From Marsupella aquatica (lineage: Eukaryota > Plantae > Marchantiophyta): a stretch of DNA of 64,000 nucleotides. A program made the position numbers and the translations under genes. Below, piece after piece: positions 40,118-52,968 of the stretch. The stretch lies in contig OZ316894.1 of the NCBI GenBank assembly GCA_973895155.1, positions 18,390,805-18,454,804 of the forward strand. Reading direction: 5' to 3'. The number at the start of each line of letters is the position of its first letter. Within the stretch, counting starts at the first letter, position 1. The notes below the pieces were generated by a model that saw nothing but the letters and a program-made list of their open reading frames with translations, ran no database searches and had not been told where the DNA came from.

Positions 40118-40230
40118 AACCTTGTTCCATACACAAAACCGTGACATACTTGTCATTACAAAAAATAAAATGTTTAACTTGTTCCATATACAAAACCGTG
40201 ACATACTTGTCAATACAAAAAATAAAATGT
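40118..40230. repeat. ~58-bp tandem duplication
   Basis: cttgttccata.acaaaaccgtgacatacttgtca.tacaaaaaataaaatgt twice. Confidence 0.85.
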
Positions 40231-40709
40231 GACAGAATTGTCAATTAGATTATATTTAGTGACAAAGTACTTGAAAGTTGTTTTCGAATACACCACACAT
40301 AGTTTACCAGTTTACGAAGTAACGTAAAAGATAGAAAGCATGATATCGTGCTTCGCTCGACAACTGTGGGAGGCTCAGAAAGTCACACATTGTCTGCAAC
40401 AGTAGTATTCTGTATGATCAGTCTATGATTTCCAAAAGGTGCTGGAGAAAATGGTCGAGTAACAAGTCTGCTTTGCTCCTCTTCCCTCGCTGGTTGTGGA
40501 GAGAAGGAACAGTAGCTGCTTTCCACACCATAGTGTCTACTGAATCTGTACTGGGTTTTGGAAAAAGGTCTTGCTGGCGACTGTTAACGCACACAGCAGC
40601 CGAATTGGCTTGTGGGCCGGATTCGTCGTTGCTCAACTCCCACCAGTAGCTCATCTGCTTGAGAGACGAGAGCAGCAGCCGGAGAGCAAGAGCAGCTGGA
40701 GCAGCGACG

Positions 40710-43626
40710 ATGGCAGAGTGCCGCTGTTTGTCGGGAGGGTTTCTGGGTGTGTCGCCCTCTGCTCCTCCGAGTATTTCTTCTTCCAAGAGACAAATTAGTG
40801 TGAGGACCACGAGGAGGGCAGCAAATCTTCCTCTTCTTCCTCTTCGGCGCAATGAGAAGAAGGCAGCGGCTGTCCGAGGAGTTGTGTGTATGGGCCTGCC
40901 ACCGCTGTCTTCCCCCAGCGACCCCTTTTTGCACCACCTTGCTGACGCTGCTCGGTCGGACAAGGGCCGAGCGCAATTGGCCGACGCCAGGAAGAACGAC
41001 GGCGGTCCTCCCCCTTTGCTGGACATCGTAGCTGATTCGATTATGATGGCTGCTCCTGCTCAGGTAGGGCATGTCTTTCTTCTGAAGATTAGTTGCCTGC
41101 AATTCTTGTCTGGAACCCTTGCCAACGTGGCCCTTGTTGTCGTTGTTTCTCCTATGGCAATTCCGTACGGGAATCTTGTCTTTTAGAATGTTTGGATGTG
41201 GTGGCTGCATGGAACACTTCCTGGTATGTAGTGTGGAGACTGTCAACTCCACTGCTTGGTGCGTTTTATGAGTTCTGATTGTTGGAACCTAAGCTTCCGA
41301 GTTTCTGGATCGAATTTGGATTTTTGCATGCATACCCTAAATATTGCTGTCGGGACATGCTTGCATGAACATGAATTGGTGCTGATATAGGTGGGGATCA
41401 ATGAAGAGGGCAAAATGGAAACCCTTTTGTATCACTGTGTGTGGATTTTAAGTCATGTTAGTTCTAATTCGAAGACTGGACAGGTCTGAGTTTCGATTCC
41501 GACACCGCCTGCACCTGACTTTAATTCTTGTCGTTGGTTCTGAATTTTGGTTGGCGTTTGAATTTGGTTCAGGTGGAACGATCTACTTCTTATAATGAAC
41601 ATCGGCCTCGAAGGCCCCCTCCTGATCTCCCATCCTTGTTGCTCAACAGTCGGATTGTATACATTGGGATGCCTGTATGTACCACGTGCTCATTGGATTT
41701 GCTGACTTCTTGCAAGGTGCACGCGAGGGTAGTCTTATTCGTAGACGAAGCACACAGGGCAGTCTGTGAAGGGTCTTAGAATGGTGTGAAGGTTATTACG
41801 AGCCAAGTGAATTATGCTGGAACTTCTTTTAATATCGTTGTGCTTTTGGGTGATAGAACTGACTTGGGTTGATTTGAACAGCTTGTCCCAGCGGTGACAG
41901 AACTGGTCATTGCAGAGCTCTTGTACTTGCAATGGTTGGATCCAAGACAGCCATCGTATGTTTACCTAAACTCAACGGGGACATCACGAGCTGATGGTGA
42001 AACGGTAAGCCGTTTGTCATGAATTTAGTCTGTTCAAGGGCTCATTGACATCTTTGAGAGCACTGTTTGTTGGTTGCAGTCATACAAGTCATCACACTGA
42101 AATACAGAAGCTTACAGATTCATGTTCTAGGTCTCCTCTTCACCTAAGTGTTCATGGTATGTTGAATGTTCGTCTATATCCATGTTCAGCGATTGGTGTA
42201 ACAGCCCTATGCTGCTTGGTGGGCTGGCAGGTTGGCATGGAGACGGAGGGCTTTGCAATTTATGATACTATGCAGCAAGTGAGAAATGAGGTACTACACA
42301 AGAAAAGGTTTTCATATCGTGTTTGAGTTGCCGAGTTTGGTGATAAACTATCTACTAATCATTATTGTCAATATTAGGATTTTTAGCTCGTGATTATAGG
42401 CCTTTTAAAGTGTAAGAGCAAAGTACCTATCTTCGTTTACGAACCTGGATTTCGCTCTAATTTGATTTTTTTGTTGTATGTTTCCTGTAGATGCAAACTG
42501 TCGGTGTTGGTGCTGCTATTGGGCAGGCTTGCTTGCTCCTTGCTGCTGGAGAGAAAGGCCGTCGCTACATGCTGCCCCATGCCACAGGTTTATTTTCAAA
42601 AGTCTAATTAGTGATTTGATTTGTAATCTTGAGAAGTTCACAGGCTTGCGGATGTACGGTTAAGGGTTTTTTGCTGTGGGATCAATTTTTGCAGACATGA
42701 TGAGAGTTTGTATGAGCACTTCTTAATAATCATGGACTTTTGTTGCAGCAATGATTCAACAACCGCGATTGCCATCAACAGGACAGATGTCTGCAATTGA
42801 TGTTCACATTAGAGCCAGAGAGGTATATTACATTAGAACAACCCGTTTGAGTTACTATAGATACTCGTTTCTTTCTTTCATTTTTTAGGCAGGATTCACG
42901 TGTCTACATCTGATTGTCTAGTTTTCTCTCTCCTTTGTTTGTTCAACGACACTTCAGAGGAAGTCGTCTTGGGACCCCAATCATATGTGGTTCTTATGCG
43001 GTTTTGCTGATTCTTGCAGGTGATCCATAATAGGAATACTCTTGTGGAGCTACTGGCCAAGCACACAGGCAACGTAAGTTTCTGTTAATATGTGTGCTTA
43101 CTTAAATATTGTCAATTGCGTGTTGTTTGTATTCATCTAAGGACATAGCAGTGGGACCAACTTTTTAATAATGATGATGCAGTCTTTTGAACGGGTGGCC
43201 AAGGTCATGGAAAGGCCGTTTTATATGAATCCAACCAAAGCTGTGGAGTTTGGCGTTGCTGACAAGGTGTGGAAAACTTGAATTTCCTTTTGGCATTTCA
43301 GCATTTTGAATTTCAAAACAGCTCCTTGTTTTCGATCTAGAAGTAGAGGTGTAATCTTAGTCACAGAGTTTGAGCTCTTCCATGCGGGAAAATATCTGCA
43401 AAATAGGTTGTCCTGCCATACAGTGTTGGTGAGTCGGATCTAGCTGAACTTCGTGCTTAGCTGTGCATCACCATGGATTCAGTCATTGAGTTGGGTTATA
43501 TTTGTGCAGATTTTATGGCGAGGGCAGGAAGCTATGGCAGCAACCTTGAAGACTGAGGAGTGGGACCAAAGGGCAGGAATTAGAGTAGTCCAGAGGCCTA
43601 CAGTAGATGGTGCTCCGTTAGGGTGA
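40710..43626 (+). CDS. CLPR3: Plastid Clp protease non-catalytic subunit ClpR3, 9 exons
   Basis: PPPDLPSLLLNSRIVYIGMPLVPAVTELVIAELLYLQWLDP, STGTSRADGETVGMETEGFAIYD, AMIQQPR, KILWRGQE..WDQRAGI; N-terminal transit-like peptide; canonical introns. Confidence 0.92.
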
Positions 43627-45020
43627 CTGAGATATTCTCTTTCTCCACGCCTAGGTAGCTGCTTATTGCAAGTTATGGTTCACTTTCCCATGTAATCCAA
43701 GCCTTTCTCTAAGGTTATGAATAGGCCAACATAGAAATTGAAGGGATCTGAATGTCTTCTTTGTATTGTACTAGAAAACCTATGTACATTAACAGTATGG
43801 AAAACGTTGAGAAATTGTATGGACACGTCAAAGTTGAAAGTGTGAATGTCATTTGTGTACTGGCCAATCCAATGTGCCAACAAAATTAGTTTCCTCATTG
43901 ATTATAACGTTGAGGTACAGCCCAACTGTCTACGGGTGAGTGAACTGGGGAAGAAAGGGACAGTGGTGATGTAGAAGAAGTGTACAGTAGCGCTTGTATT
44001 ATATGCTGCTTAGGACTGAACGCGTATTGTGGGCAGCTGGTCCTCTATTCACCAAGACTAGAAGTAAGAAATTTCCTTCTCCAGTGCAAGACGAGCTAAA
44101 GGTCGGATTCAATGAAGTGGAACCTCGGATGAACACACGTGGCCATATGGACTTGCAAAACCTGACGGACACAATAGAATATTTAAATATACTGGGACGT
44201 AATGTTTTATACTTTGCAAAGCTGACTTATGAATATGCATTTGATTGATAATAGAAGGCTGATTTCAGGGATTCTGGATTTGTCTGGTAGTTTATCCCTG
44301 TGGCAGTCAGTCTCTGTTGTCTTTCACCTGGTCCGATAATGATGGTAATTCGTCCCCACTTGGGAATAATGGACTGCAACCCCCCGGGGCTGGGATAATG
44401 GGCTGTAACGCAGCGACATCTCCAATGACATCTCACTACCTCCTCGGGGTGATGGGCTCCATACATAATATTTGAACACAAAGTACATTCTCATACATAA
44501 TGCCGTTGAAATACAAAAAGTGAAGAAAGATAATCACAACTCGAATAAAACGCCCGGGCTCCCAATTCACATACAAGGGTAGTCACAATAATGTGGACAG
44601 GAATTGAAGATTTTTGGAGGGGGGAATGAGCTTTCCGTTTAAGAAAGTCCATTACTTCATATTCATCTGGGACGTGTTGATTGTTTTCCGGTACATCAGT
44701 GGTTTCTAGAAGGTGAAGCTCTTCCAGTTCTGCGGACTGAAGAGAGTTTACCGACCTTCGATGCAAACGCAAAACTCAAGCAACGTTCCTGAAAAACTGC
44801 CAGACACGTCGAACTCTGTAACTCCCCCTACTCTCCAAAGAAAACTGGAGTGTTTGTAAACGGGAGTGCTTCGCGTTGTCTTTTTGTAGCAGGGGGTGAT
44901 GACAATGAACTCATTTTGAAGTTTTATGTATCTCGGTTGCACTTGCGCAAACTGACAATGCCATGTATTTTTCTAATCTAATCATTCTACTACTGTACAA
45001 CATACTTAAAATGTTCGAGC

Positions 45021-46075
45021 TCAATTTGGAAAGCACGAGATGAATGGACTCCCGCGGATGGCTTCGTCGATGAGCAGAGCTGCAAATCCGATCATGGCGA
45101 GACGTCCGTTCCATCTCTCGGCTTTGGCGTTGAAGATGCCCCAATGCCGCGCGTCTGTCGACTCGCCGTTCATAAATGGGACTATAGAAGCATACGTAAA
45201 GAGGTGCACAACTCCAATGAAGTTCACCAGACCGAACGTGCCAGGGCTGAGGACTTGCTCGACGATTGATAATCCAGTGGCCTTCTCAGCTGCTAAGGCC
45301 CACACAAATCCCACCATAGCCTGCCATATGACATCAGTTGATCATCAGCCTCAGCGTTTACGCTTGCTAAACTTTCCAGCCTGAGGGTTAGGAAATCAAA
45401 AGAAAGTAAGATCCTGAATTCAACTGAATTGATGAAGCACGAGTGGCGTTCATTGGATATAAGTTGTTCACCGCCAAAGAGGATAATTGAATTTTAATTA
45501 TCAGTATATTTCTTGCTAGTGATTGATTGCTGGTTATTAAAGTTGGTGACCACTTTCTGATCACTACTCTGTGGATAAAAAATTCTGAGACAATTTCAGT
45601 GGAATTCGAGTGCATGTGCTCAACTTCGGTTTCAGTACAGTGTGTGACTTACCAGCCGGCCGTTGATTGTCTCTGGAGCAGCACCATCGAAGGAGAAGAG
45701 GCTCCCGAACGATCTGTCGCCAGTCTCAGGACGCCTCTCAATCTCGGGGCGGGGAAAGAAGGATCCAGAGGTCGGCACGGACCCAAACACCGATTGTTTC
45801 TCAGATAGATTTTCGTCTTGGTTGCGCAGAATTATGTCCGTGGTGAGGTCCTCCTTCGTTTTCCTGTCCACTTCTTCTTGCACTTCAGTGCAACTCGGAT
45901 CGGAGCCAACCGTCTGCTGGCAGCGGACAAAATTCCTCCCGATAAGTGATGGCCCCCTTACGATCAGGTACCGCGCTCTCAAACCTCTGGTGTTCCCCAC
46001 TCCATTCGATTGCAATACACTTTTTGATGCTCTTGCTAGCACAAGTCCCGAAGAAGCGCTCATGATTGACATCAT
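45021..46075 (-). CDS. ELIP: Early light-induced protein (three-helix LHC-like)
   Basis: FDGAAPETINGRL|AMVGFV and AERWNGRLAMIGF chlorophyll-binding motifs; exons 46075-45653 and 45320-45021; transit peptide. Confidence 0.9.
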
Positions 46076-46106
46076 AGTGGCCTCAATTTCTAAGGACTAT
46101 CTCTGT

Positions 46107-46378
46107 TGACTGCTACCGAAGTTGAGAACTTACACAATACTATAATCGAGGATGATTTGTTTGTTGCGAGCTAGGAGCTAAGAGAACGAAGAAATTGGCC
46201 AGCAACGGCCTTGGAGAGCAGAAAGACTCACTCACTCAACAGACATCAGTACTCGAAGACTGCTGCCGAAGTTGAGAACACGATACTATAATCGAGGGTT
46301 ATTTGGTTGTTATGAGCTAGGAGGTAGGAAAACGAAGAAATGGGACAGGCAACGGCCTTGGAGAGCTGCAGAAAGAAT
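46107..46378. repeat. ~120-bp diverged duplication directly upstream of the ELIP start codon
   Basis: gactgct.ccgaagttgagaac...aacggccttggagagc at 46108 and 46258. Confidence 0.8.
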
Positions 46379-46619
46379 CACGAATCAAACAGAAATCAGT
46401 CCTCGAATGGAATTCGTGGCCAAGCTAAATAATTTGATGACTGGTCCATTAATTTCAACCGGAAATCGATGCAGTTATGATGACTATATATCGAGGCTAT
46501 CCAGAATCATGGAAGGGAGGGAACTTACAGAAGCTTCATCATCTATACCCACTACTTCTCATGGCATGAATCACCTGAAGATGGCGAGTGGAATGGCTGA
46601 AACTTGGCAGAAGTGGATG

Positions 46620-46831
46620 CATGCCACGTTGGTAGCAAGCCAGGCTAGAGAACTGCAACCAGTGGAGCAACAATCAGTCGTCGAGCAATGCCCTTCACAG
46701 AAATGCATGCAATGCTGGGCACGCTGAGAATTTGACGACAAAGCACGACATTAGCGTCTCGCTTGAAAGTCTGCGGCAACACTTGGCATAGTCTCTGAAG
46801 GGTCGCGAATTTCGTCCCTTTTAACACGTGT
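46620..46831 (-). promoter_or_regulatory. ACGT-core elements (G-box/ABRE-like) upstream of ELIP
   Basis: gccacgttgg at ~46623 and aacacgtgtt at ~46823; motif match only. Confidence 0.3.
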
Positions 46832-47199
46832 TGCAGCCCTCTTTGGCCAGACCATATCGCTCTTGTTCATTGCGAATGATTGCTCCTAAAATGGGGTCTC
46901 AAACCTCCAAATTTTGAGGGGCCTTAACTTTTTAGTTAAATTTAGGGACAGAAATGATACCAACTTCATAATCCATAATTTTAGGCCATAAGAATTTGTC
47001 ATATGCCATGACCATAAGTCAATGTCCGGCTACTGAAAAATAACCCTCCCAAAAAGCTATGGTTATTTATTCATGCTCAAAAGCCATCTTCTGCAACTAT
47101 GAGGTGAGATGCCTTAATGTGACAATTGAGATGCCTTAATGTGACAACTGAACCCGTTATTGGGAACATGTCTGCCATTGGGAATGGAAGTGTCCGACC

Positions 47200-47350
47200 C
47201 CCACCCCCCAAAATTCATGGAACCAAACTTCCCAACTTTCAAATTAAGGACCTGGGTTTGACTATGACATTCGTGGCCTAAGCCACTGGCAACTGGGATC
47301 GAACCCAACCTCGGTCTTCATGGTCAGGTCCCAGCCATTGCATTATTATT
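47200..47350 (-). mobile_element. Possible tRNA-derived SINE head with Pol III A/B boxes
   Basis: Minus strand taatgcaatgg (A-box-like), 29 nt, then ggttcgatccc (B box); no complete cloverleaf. Confidence 0.3.
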
Positions 47351-47728
47351 GCTCTTAATATGAATAAATTTTGATTATAGGTTGTACGTTGCGGTCAATC
47401 AAATGTTCAAATATTTTGTGTGTTGGTTGTGCCTCTTTCGATTTCACTCAGCGTTTATGAAATGTCATTCTGTCCCCCCTGTTAAATTATGTGACATTTT
47501 TCCTAAACATGATATGTATCTAAAGGTGACAGTTATGTAACACTTTTTTTTTTGCTTTGCTAGCTTACCATGAGATGGAGATAACACCCAACCCATCTCC
47601 CTGCAGCTTGCACAATAATTGAAATCTAGTTGCCAAGCAAACTTGTAGACTGTTTTTTTGTTGCCTTGAAAACCGAAAGCAGGCACATCCAACAGAGGAT
47701 AGATGTCCTGCTTTCGAGCATGCATTTA

Positions 47729-48072
47729 TGTTAGGTATTTACTCAAGGTCTAGGGTTACAACATGTAACCGTAGTTAGGCTAACCGTAGTCAGAGACGTG
47801 GTTAGTTTAACTAGGATGCACACTATATGTCAAGCAGTGTTTGTCTTGGATAAGGGGAACTTAGGCTCATTGTTACGGAGCCAATTGAGAGACAGGGAGA
47901 GCTTGTGCTGTGGATGCTTGGTACGGTCGGTCGGCCTAGAGTGCATAAAGCTCTTGTGTGATCCCGTGGACGTAGCCTCATGTGGAGGTCAACCACGTAT
48001 CTCTATGTGTCGACTACTTGATCGTTGGATGTGTCATGTGCTTACCGTTGCGATTGTTGTCTACACTCAACA
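47729..48072 (+). mobile_element. Solo LTR (344 bp), same family as 38101-38444
   Basis: TGTTAG...CTCAACA termini; flanks ATTTA/ATTTC (4 of 5 TSD bases match); long homology with the 38101 copy. Confidence 0.88.
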
Positions 48073-48341
48073 ATTTCTATGTAAGGTAGCCACAAGGGGA
48101 CAATACCCACGGATTCGACAGGGACCCAGACCAGGAGGGAGAAAGGATTAAACCAGAACCCCAAAAAGGGCAGCCAGGGGCTGAAGGGATAATCGATACT
48201 CCCACCACTACACCCCACCCACCCACCCACACACACACACACACACATCCCCCACACAACTTGTAGACTTCTTGTAGCACGTGACTGCTTGGTCATCTCA
48301 CTCAATATGCTTACTAACTAACCCCCCGAGGTGTATATTTT

Positions 48342-48572
48342 GGGGTACCACGTGCGATCATAGTCTAATATAAACACACGTATTTTATAACATAAATATT
48401 CCAAAAACATTCTCTATTTTTCAATATTAATGACCTATTTACTTTATAAAAGATATATATTAGAGAATATTCTATCAATATGGGTTTATAATACTTTCTT
48501 TTGCTTCCTATGCTTTAAAAAAATTTAGCTAATTTCTATGAAAAATACCTATTTTGGATCACGTGTGGTTCC
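48342..48572. mobile_element. ~230-bp MITE
   Basis: TIRs ggggtaccacgtgcgatc and gatcacgtgtggttcc; AT-rich interior homologous to the ends of the 35.7-37.4 kb element. Confidence 0.65.
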
Positions 48573-50209
48573 TAAGATTTTTGATAGTCAACCCCCCCTG
48601 CCCCCCCCCCCCCCCCCCCCCCCCCCGATTTACACTCAACATCACTAATTGTTTACAGTACACTGCAACATACCGACATTGGGCTAGTATAACAGAATCA
48701 TCAATAAGAAATTATCTTCTTAGCAACCACAGGAGAACTAGTGACGGAGCTTGTTTATTGTGAGGTTGTAATGAACTGTGTGCAAGGACTCAAAGGCCAT
48801 TGTTATATCACCAGCTAGCAAGTACCATTAATTTTCTGTCAGGTCTTCCTCTTTAGTAAGCTAAGATTATTAAAAATCAACAATTTCCTTAAGTCCTTGG
48901 ACACAGTTAGAGCAAAACTAGCCTAGTGCAGATATGTTGTAGGGCATTCTACATTGTTGTTGTCAAAATGTGTTACTATAAAAAATAGTTTGACCCTGTA
49001 AAGTTTTGAGTAACTTGTGAGTAGTGAAGTTTTGGAGCTCAAATAGCACTAATTATGGAACCTAGCAACATAAATCAATGGTTTCCTGTGTGAAAATACA
49101 AGAAAATTTTCTGAATGAATGGTTGATGTGAATCTAATGGTTTAGTGAGGGCTCTCTTGTTTTAATGTATTCTTTGTCCATGCTAGTGCTCAAAAAAGTC
49201 TGTTTCCGTAACTTTTTCAGCTCACATCTTCACATCCAAATAGTGTGACTACCATGCAACATTTTTTATATCAATAGTCCCACCACAAATAATGTGAAAT
49301 GATATCCATAATTAGTGTTCCTGCTAAGACTAATTGAATCACTCTAAGTTACTGTTAATACACAGTTAGAGTTAGTTACTATTTCAAGTGGAATTCAAAT
49401 TATTGCACTAACTGTGGTAAACAATGTAGGTCATGGGTGTGATTGAGCCGTCACTGAGCACATGGTATAACAAATCAGCTTATCTATAATTCAAAAACTT
49501 TCTAAAAAGGTGAAGAAAAAGGAGTATTTAGCTATTTTCTGATAGAAAACAATTACCAAGAGTATAAAGAAAGATCACCATGATGATCGTTTTAGGAGAA
49601 AAATATTGATTTTGTAAAAATAATGCACTTTGTCCCACCCCGAATCAGGACACGTTTAACCCAATTTTAAAGTTCATGGTCCCCACTGGCCCCAGGCCAC
49701 AGGCGAGCAAAACTGGCATGTTGGGGCCAATGTTACAGGAGCCTGCTCACCCACACTACACTGTGAGGGAAGAGTAGACAGTGCCATCATGACACAACCG
49801 GATGGCCATGTCTACCTTTAATTCAGCAGAAGTCATGGTCAAGTGTGGCTTGAGCTCAAGAGACAGATAAGGGTACTCTCCACCAAAGCCAATTACCTAT
49901 GCCATTTGCCTCACTATTGACCCTATTAGCAGGGAACACTATGTTGGGTGGGGATGCTCTTATACTTTCTTTAGTGCAGAAGGATACCTTTGGTTGAAGA
50001 CGTCTCAATATATAAAGTCACTAAGAAAGTTCCTCAACTTTCTTAGCCAAAATCTCACAATGTCACAATCATTCTCAAAGGCAAAGCAACCCAATAAAGG
50101 GAGGGAAAAGGAAAGGGAATAGCCCCCAAGATTACCAAAGAGGTCCACCAAGCCAAGGAGTACCCCACAACAACAAAAGAACAAAAAACAAAGAACCCAC
50201 TAAGTGATG

Positions 50210-50590
50210 CAGGACTACCACACTATTGGGCAGAGAATTGAAAAGCCTGGTAGAGCTCCGGAGTAAACACAGAAAAGTCTAGACAGGTAGAGGTCCAGAG
50301 TAAACCACACACAAGGGTCATGAAATGGAATCTGTCTAGAGGCACTAGAACCGGCACTAGAAGGGTCATGAAATGGAATATGTCTAGAGGCACTAGAACC
50401 AACTGACTCGGCACTCCGAAGGATAGGGCAATGGACACCGGGCACTAGAAGGGTCATGAAATGGAATCTGTCTAGAGGCACTAGAACCGGCACTAGAACG
50501 GTCATGAAATGGAATCTGTCTAGAGGCACTAGAACCAACCGACTCGGCACTCCAAAGGATAGGGCAATGGGGGCAATGGACGCCTTCTCT
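50210..50590. repeat. Dispersed repeat with higher-order tandem array (A-A-B-A-A-B; A ~48 bp)
   Basis: ggtcatgaaatggaat.tgtctagaggcactagaacc four times; aac.gactcggcactcc.aaggatagggcaatgg twice. Confidence 0.8.
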
Positions 50591-51717
50591 GGAAGGTTCA
50601 TTTACCAACTGACATGCTTCGTTCAATTCTTTGTTCACCATGTTGCCGGTACTTTGCGCACATTCCATTGTTGTAGGAAACATAGCCAACATTTAGACAA
50701 ATAGTGCCACGGCAACAGAAATACTGTTTAGACTTAGTTAAGACTGGACAGACAGCAGTAGCGTCCATTGTAATGGCAAGAGACAGGCCAAGCGAGAATC
50801 AGCACAAATCAGAGCACCGTTTCTGGGGAAGTTGACCAGACGGAATCAGCAAACACGATGATCAGAACTCCTTCGAGTTCGTAGACTGTTAATGCTGTTC
50901 ACATATGTCTTCTTAAAAGACAATTGAAAAACAAAAGACGTTGGGACACATGCAGAAGATTGGGGAAGACACCATTGGAATTCAAAGACCCATCAAAACT
51001 CTTAAATCAATAAAAATAGCGATTACTTCATTACAGTCCTGACTTTTGGACAGGAAGCCCACAGGATGGGAGACGAAGATTACGGGAATTGAAACTGACA
51101 CTCAAGAACCTAATGAGCAAATACACTAACACGAAGGGAAAATAGCCACCTGACAAAGAAAGCCTTTCAGATGAACCTTCAAGTCTCAAAGCTACATTGT
51201 CAACGCCACTCTACGCAGTGAATTGCCTGGCAGCTGAACCCTATGATGATCCTGTCTTCCGGAATTCGTGGAGAATTCCGAAGCCATGACTTGGAGAGCG
51301 CAGAATGTAACTCATTTTAAAGTGCACGTAGCTCTAAATTCAGCAAGGGGGAGCTAATGCAATACGACAAGTCTGCGAGGGAATCATATATACAAACAAT
51401 GGTAAAATTGACCAAGACGAAACCTTTTGGCTAGTAACCAGAACAACTACGAGTTCGGACTTTGCTCTCTTCTCAGGAGAGTCAAAGCAATGATACTTTC
51501 TGGTAGGGGATGAAATCTTGGGTCTTAGTGGCAGGTGAAAGATTGTGCTCTTTAGGGAGCATGTGTCACCACATGCCAGGCAGAAAACCTGGCATCCCGG
51601 AGACAGTATGAATCAATGAAGGAATGGATAGAGCAGCCAGATCCAACTATATGGGACACAACTTCAACGCTGTGTATATGGATAATGACGAGATGCTTTC
51701 ACTCTGTTTATGAACAA

Positions 51718-52968
51718 TCAATTTTGGTAAGCAGTGAAGAACTCAGTCATGACTACATTCTCGCTGCTACGTAGCTCTGCAGGAGTGGCAGTTTCAAGAA
51801 CTACCCCTCCCTTCCCCAACATGGTGGCAACGTCAGCAACTCTACTAATCTGATCCAAGTCATGCGAAACTAAAACCACCGTCAAGCCAAGATCATTCAC
51901 CAGACTCTGTATGGTTTTCTCCACTGTTCTTGTGGAAGTAGGATCCAGAGAACTCGTAGGTTCATCCATCAGCAACACAGATGGATCATTGGCCAACGCC
52001 CTTGCAAGAGAAACCCTTTGAGCCTCTCCACCAGACAATTCTCTTGCCGATTTCCCCAGGAAGCTAACGGATGGCTCCGGAATACCAGCTTGGAGGAGCA
52101 GTTCTTCCAGACGCTCCGTTGAGAGATCAATGCCCCTTAGCTTTGGTCCATACTGTAAATTGTCAGCCACACTCCCTGGACAAGTTGCTAACAGTTAACG
52201 ATCCATGAGGTCAAGGCCAATGAGCGAAGTCCTCTGCAAAGCTGGAAGGCCCTTGATCAATCAACTCAAAGATGCATGTAATAGGACTGACAGTTTTAAT
52301 CCACAGGTTCCCAAAACAGAGAGCGTCAGGGCATTCACCTTTAAACAGAGCAGCGGCCTGGAAGACCATACCTACGCGAAGGCGCAAAGCAATGACATCC
52401 AGTGTTGTCACGTCGACACCCTCATACAACACGGTTCCTACTGAAGGCTCCCAGAGACGATTAAGAGCCCTCAGAACTGTCGTTTTCCCTGTTGAATTTG
52501 ATCGTTTGTCAGCGAAATTTCATACTACAGTCAAAACGAAACTGACACTTGGATAAATTTTCACAGCAAACCGATTGGCCTTGATGTTGATGTTGGGGCA
52601 ATACACTGACCGCATCCAGAAGGTCCTACAAGTCCGTGCACAGCTCCGGATTTCACTTCGAAGCTCACTTTATCCAGAATGACATCATCATTGGCCGCTT
52701 TTTTCGACAATTCTCGCACTTCAAGCTTGTATCCTGCGCCATAGGCAAATGCTGTGGTTTGCCTACAATGTGTAACAATGGACCAAATTCCCTTTTCTGG
52801 TCAGATTCCATCCACACAGAGAGAGTAGGGCACCGCCTTTAGGCCTTGCCAGGACCTTCAGCGCAAAAGAATCAAAATCTGGGACCAAAGCTGGGCGAAT
52901 CACGTGTGAACTGATGACAATTTTACTCACCCAATGCCTCCCAACTGTCTTGAGCCATAGCTGGGCAT
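51718..52968 (-). CDS. STAR1: Soluble ABC-transporter ATPase, STAR1/ABCI17 (NAP3)-like
   Basis: Exons 52968-52931, 52762-52611, 52488-52339, 52175-51718; Walker A GPSGCGKT, LRALNRLWEP, signature LSGGEAQR, Walker B LLMDEPTS, H-loop VSH; no TM domain. Confidence 0.9.

Noticed and set aside
40418-41252. 202-aa and 222-aa antisense ORFs over ClpR3 exon 1
   Set aside because: Typical shadow ORFs of a GC-rich exon; no recognisable domains
48592-48626. Long poly-C run
   Set aside because: Simple homopolymer whose length is unreliable; no further structure
49440-49451. miR171-like TGATTGAGCCGT
   Set aside because: Only the first 12 nt match and no star strand or hairpin is evident
51718-52968. Bacterial-type stand-alone ABC ATPase as horizontal transfer
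   Set aside because: It has spliceosomal introns and matches the widespread plant STAR1/ABCI17 family
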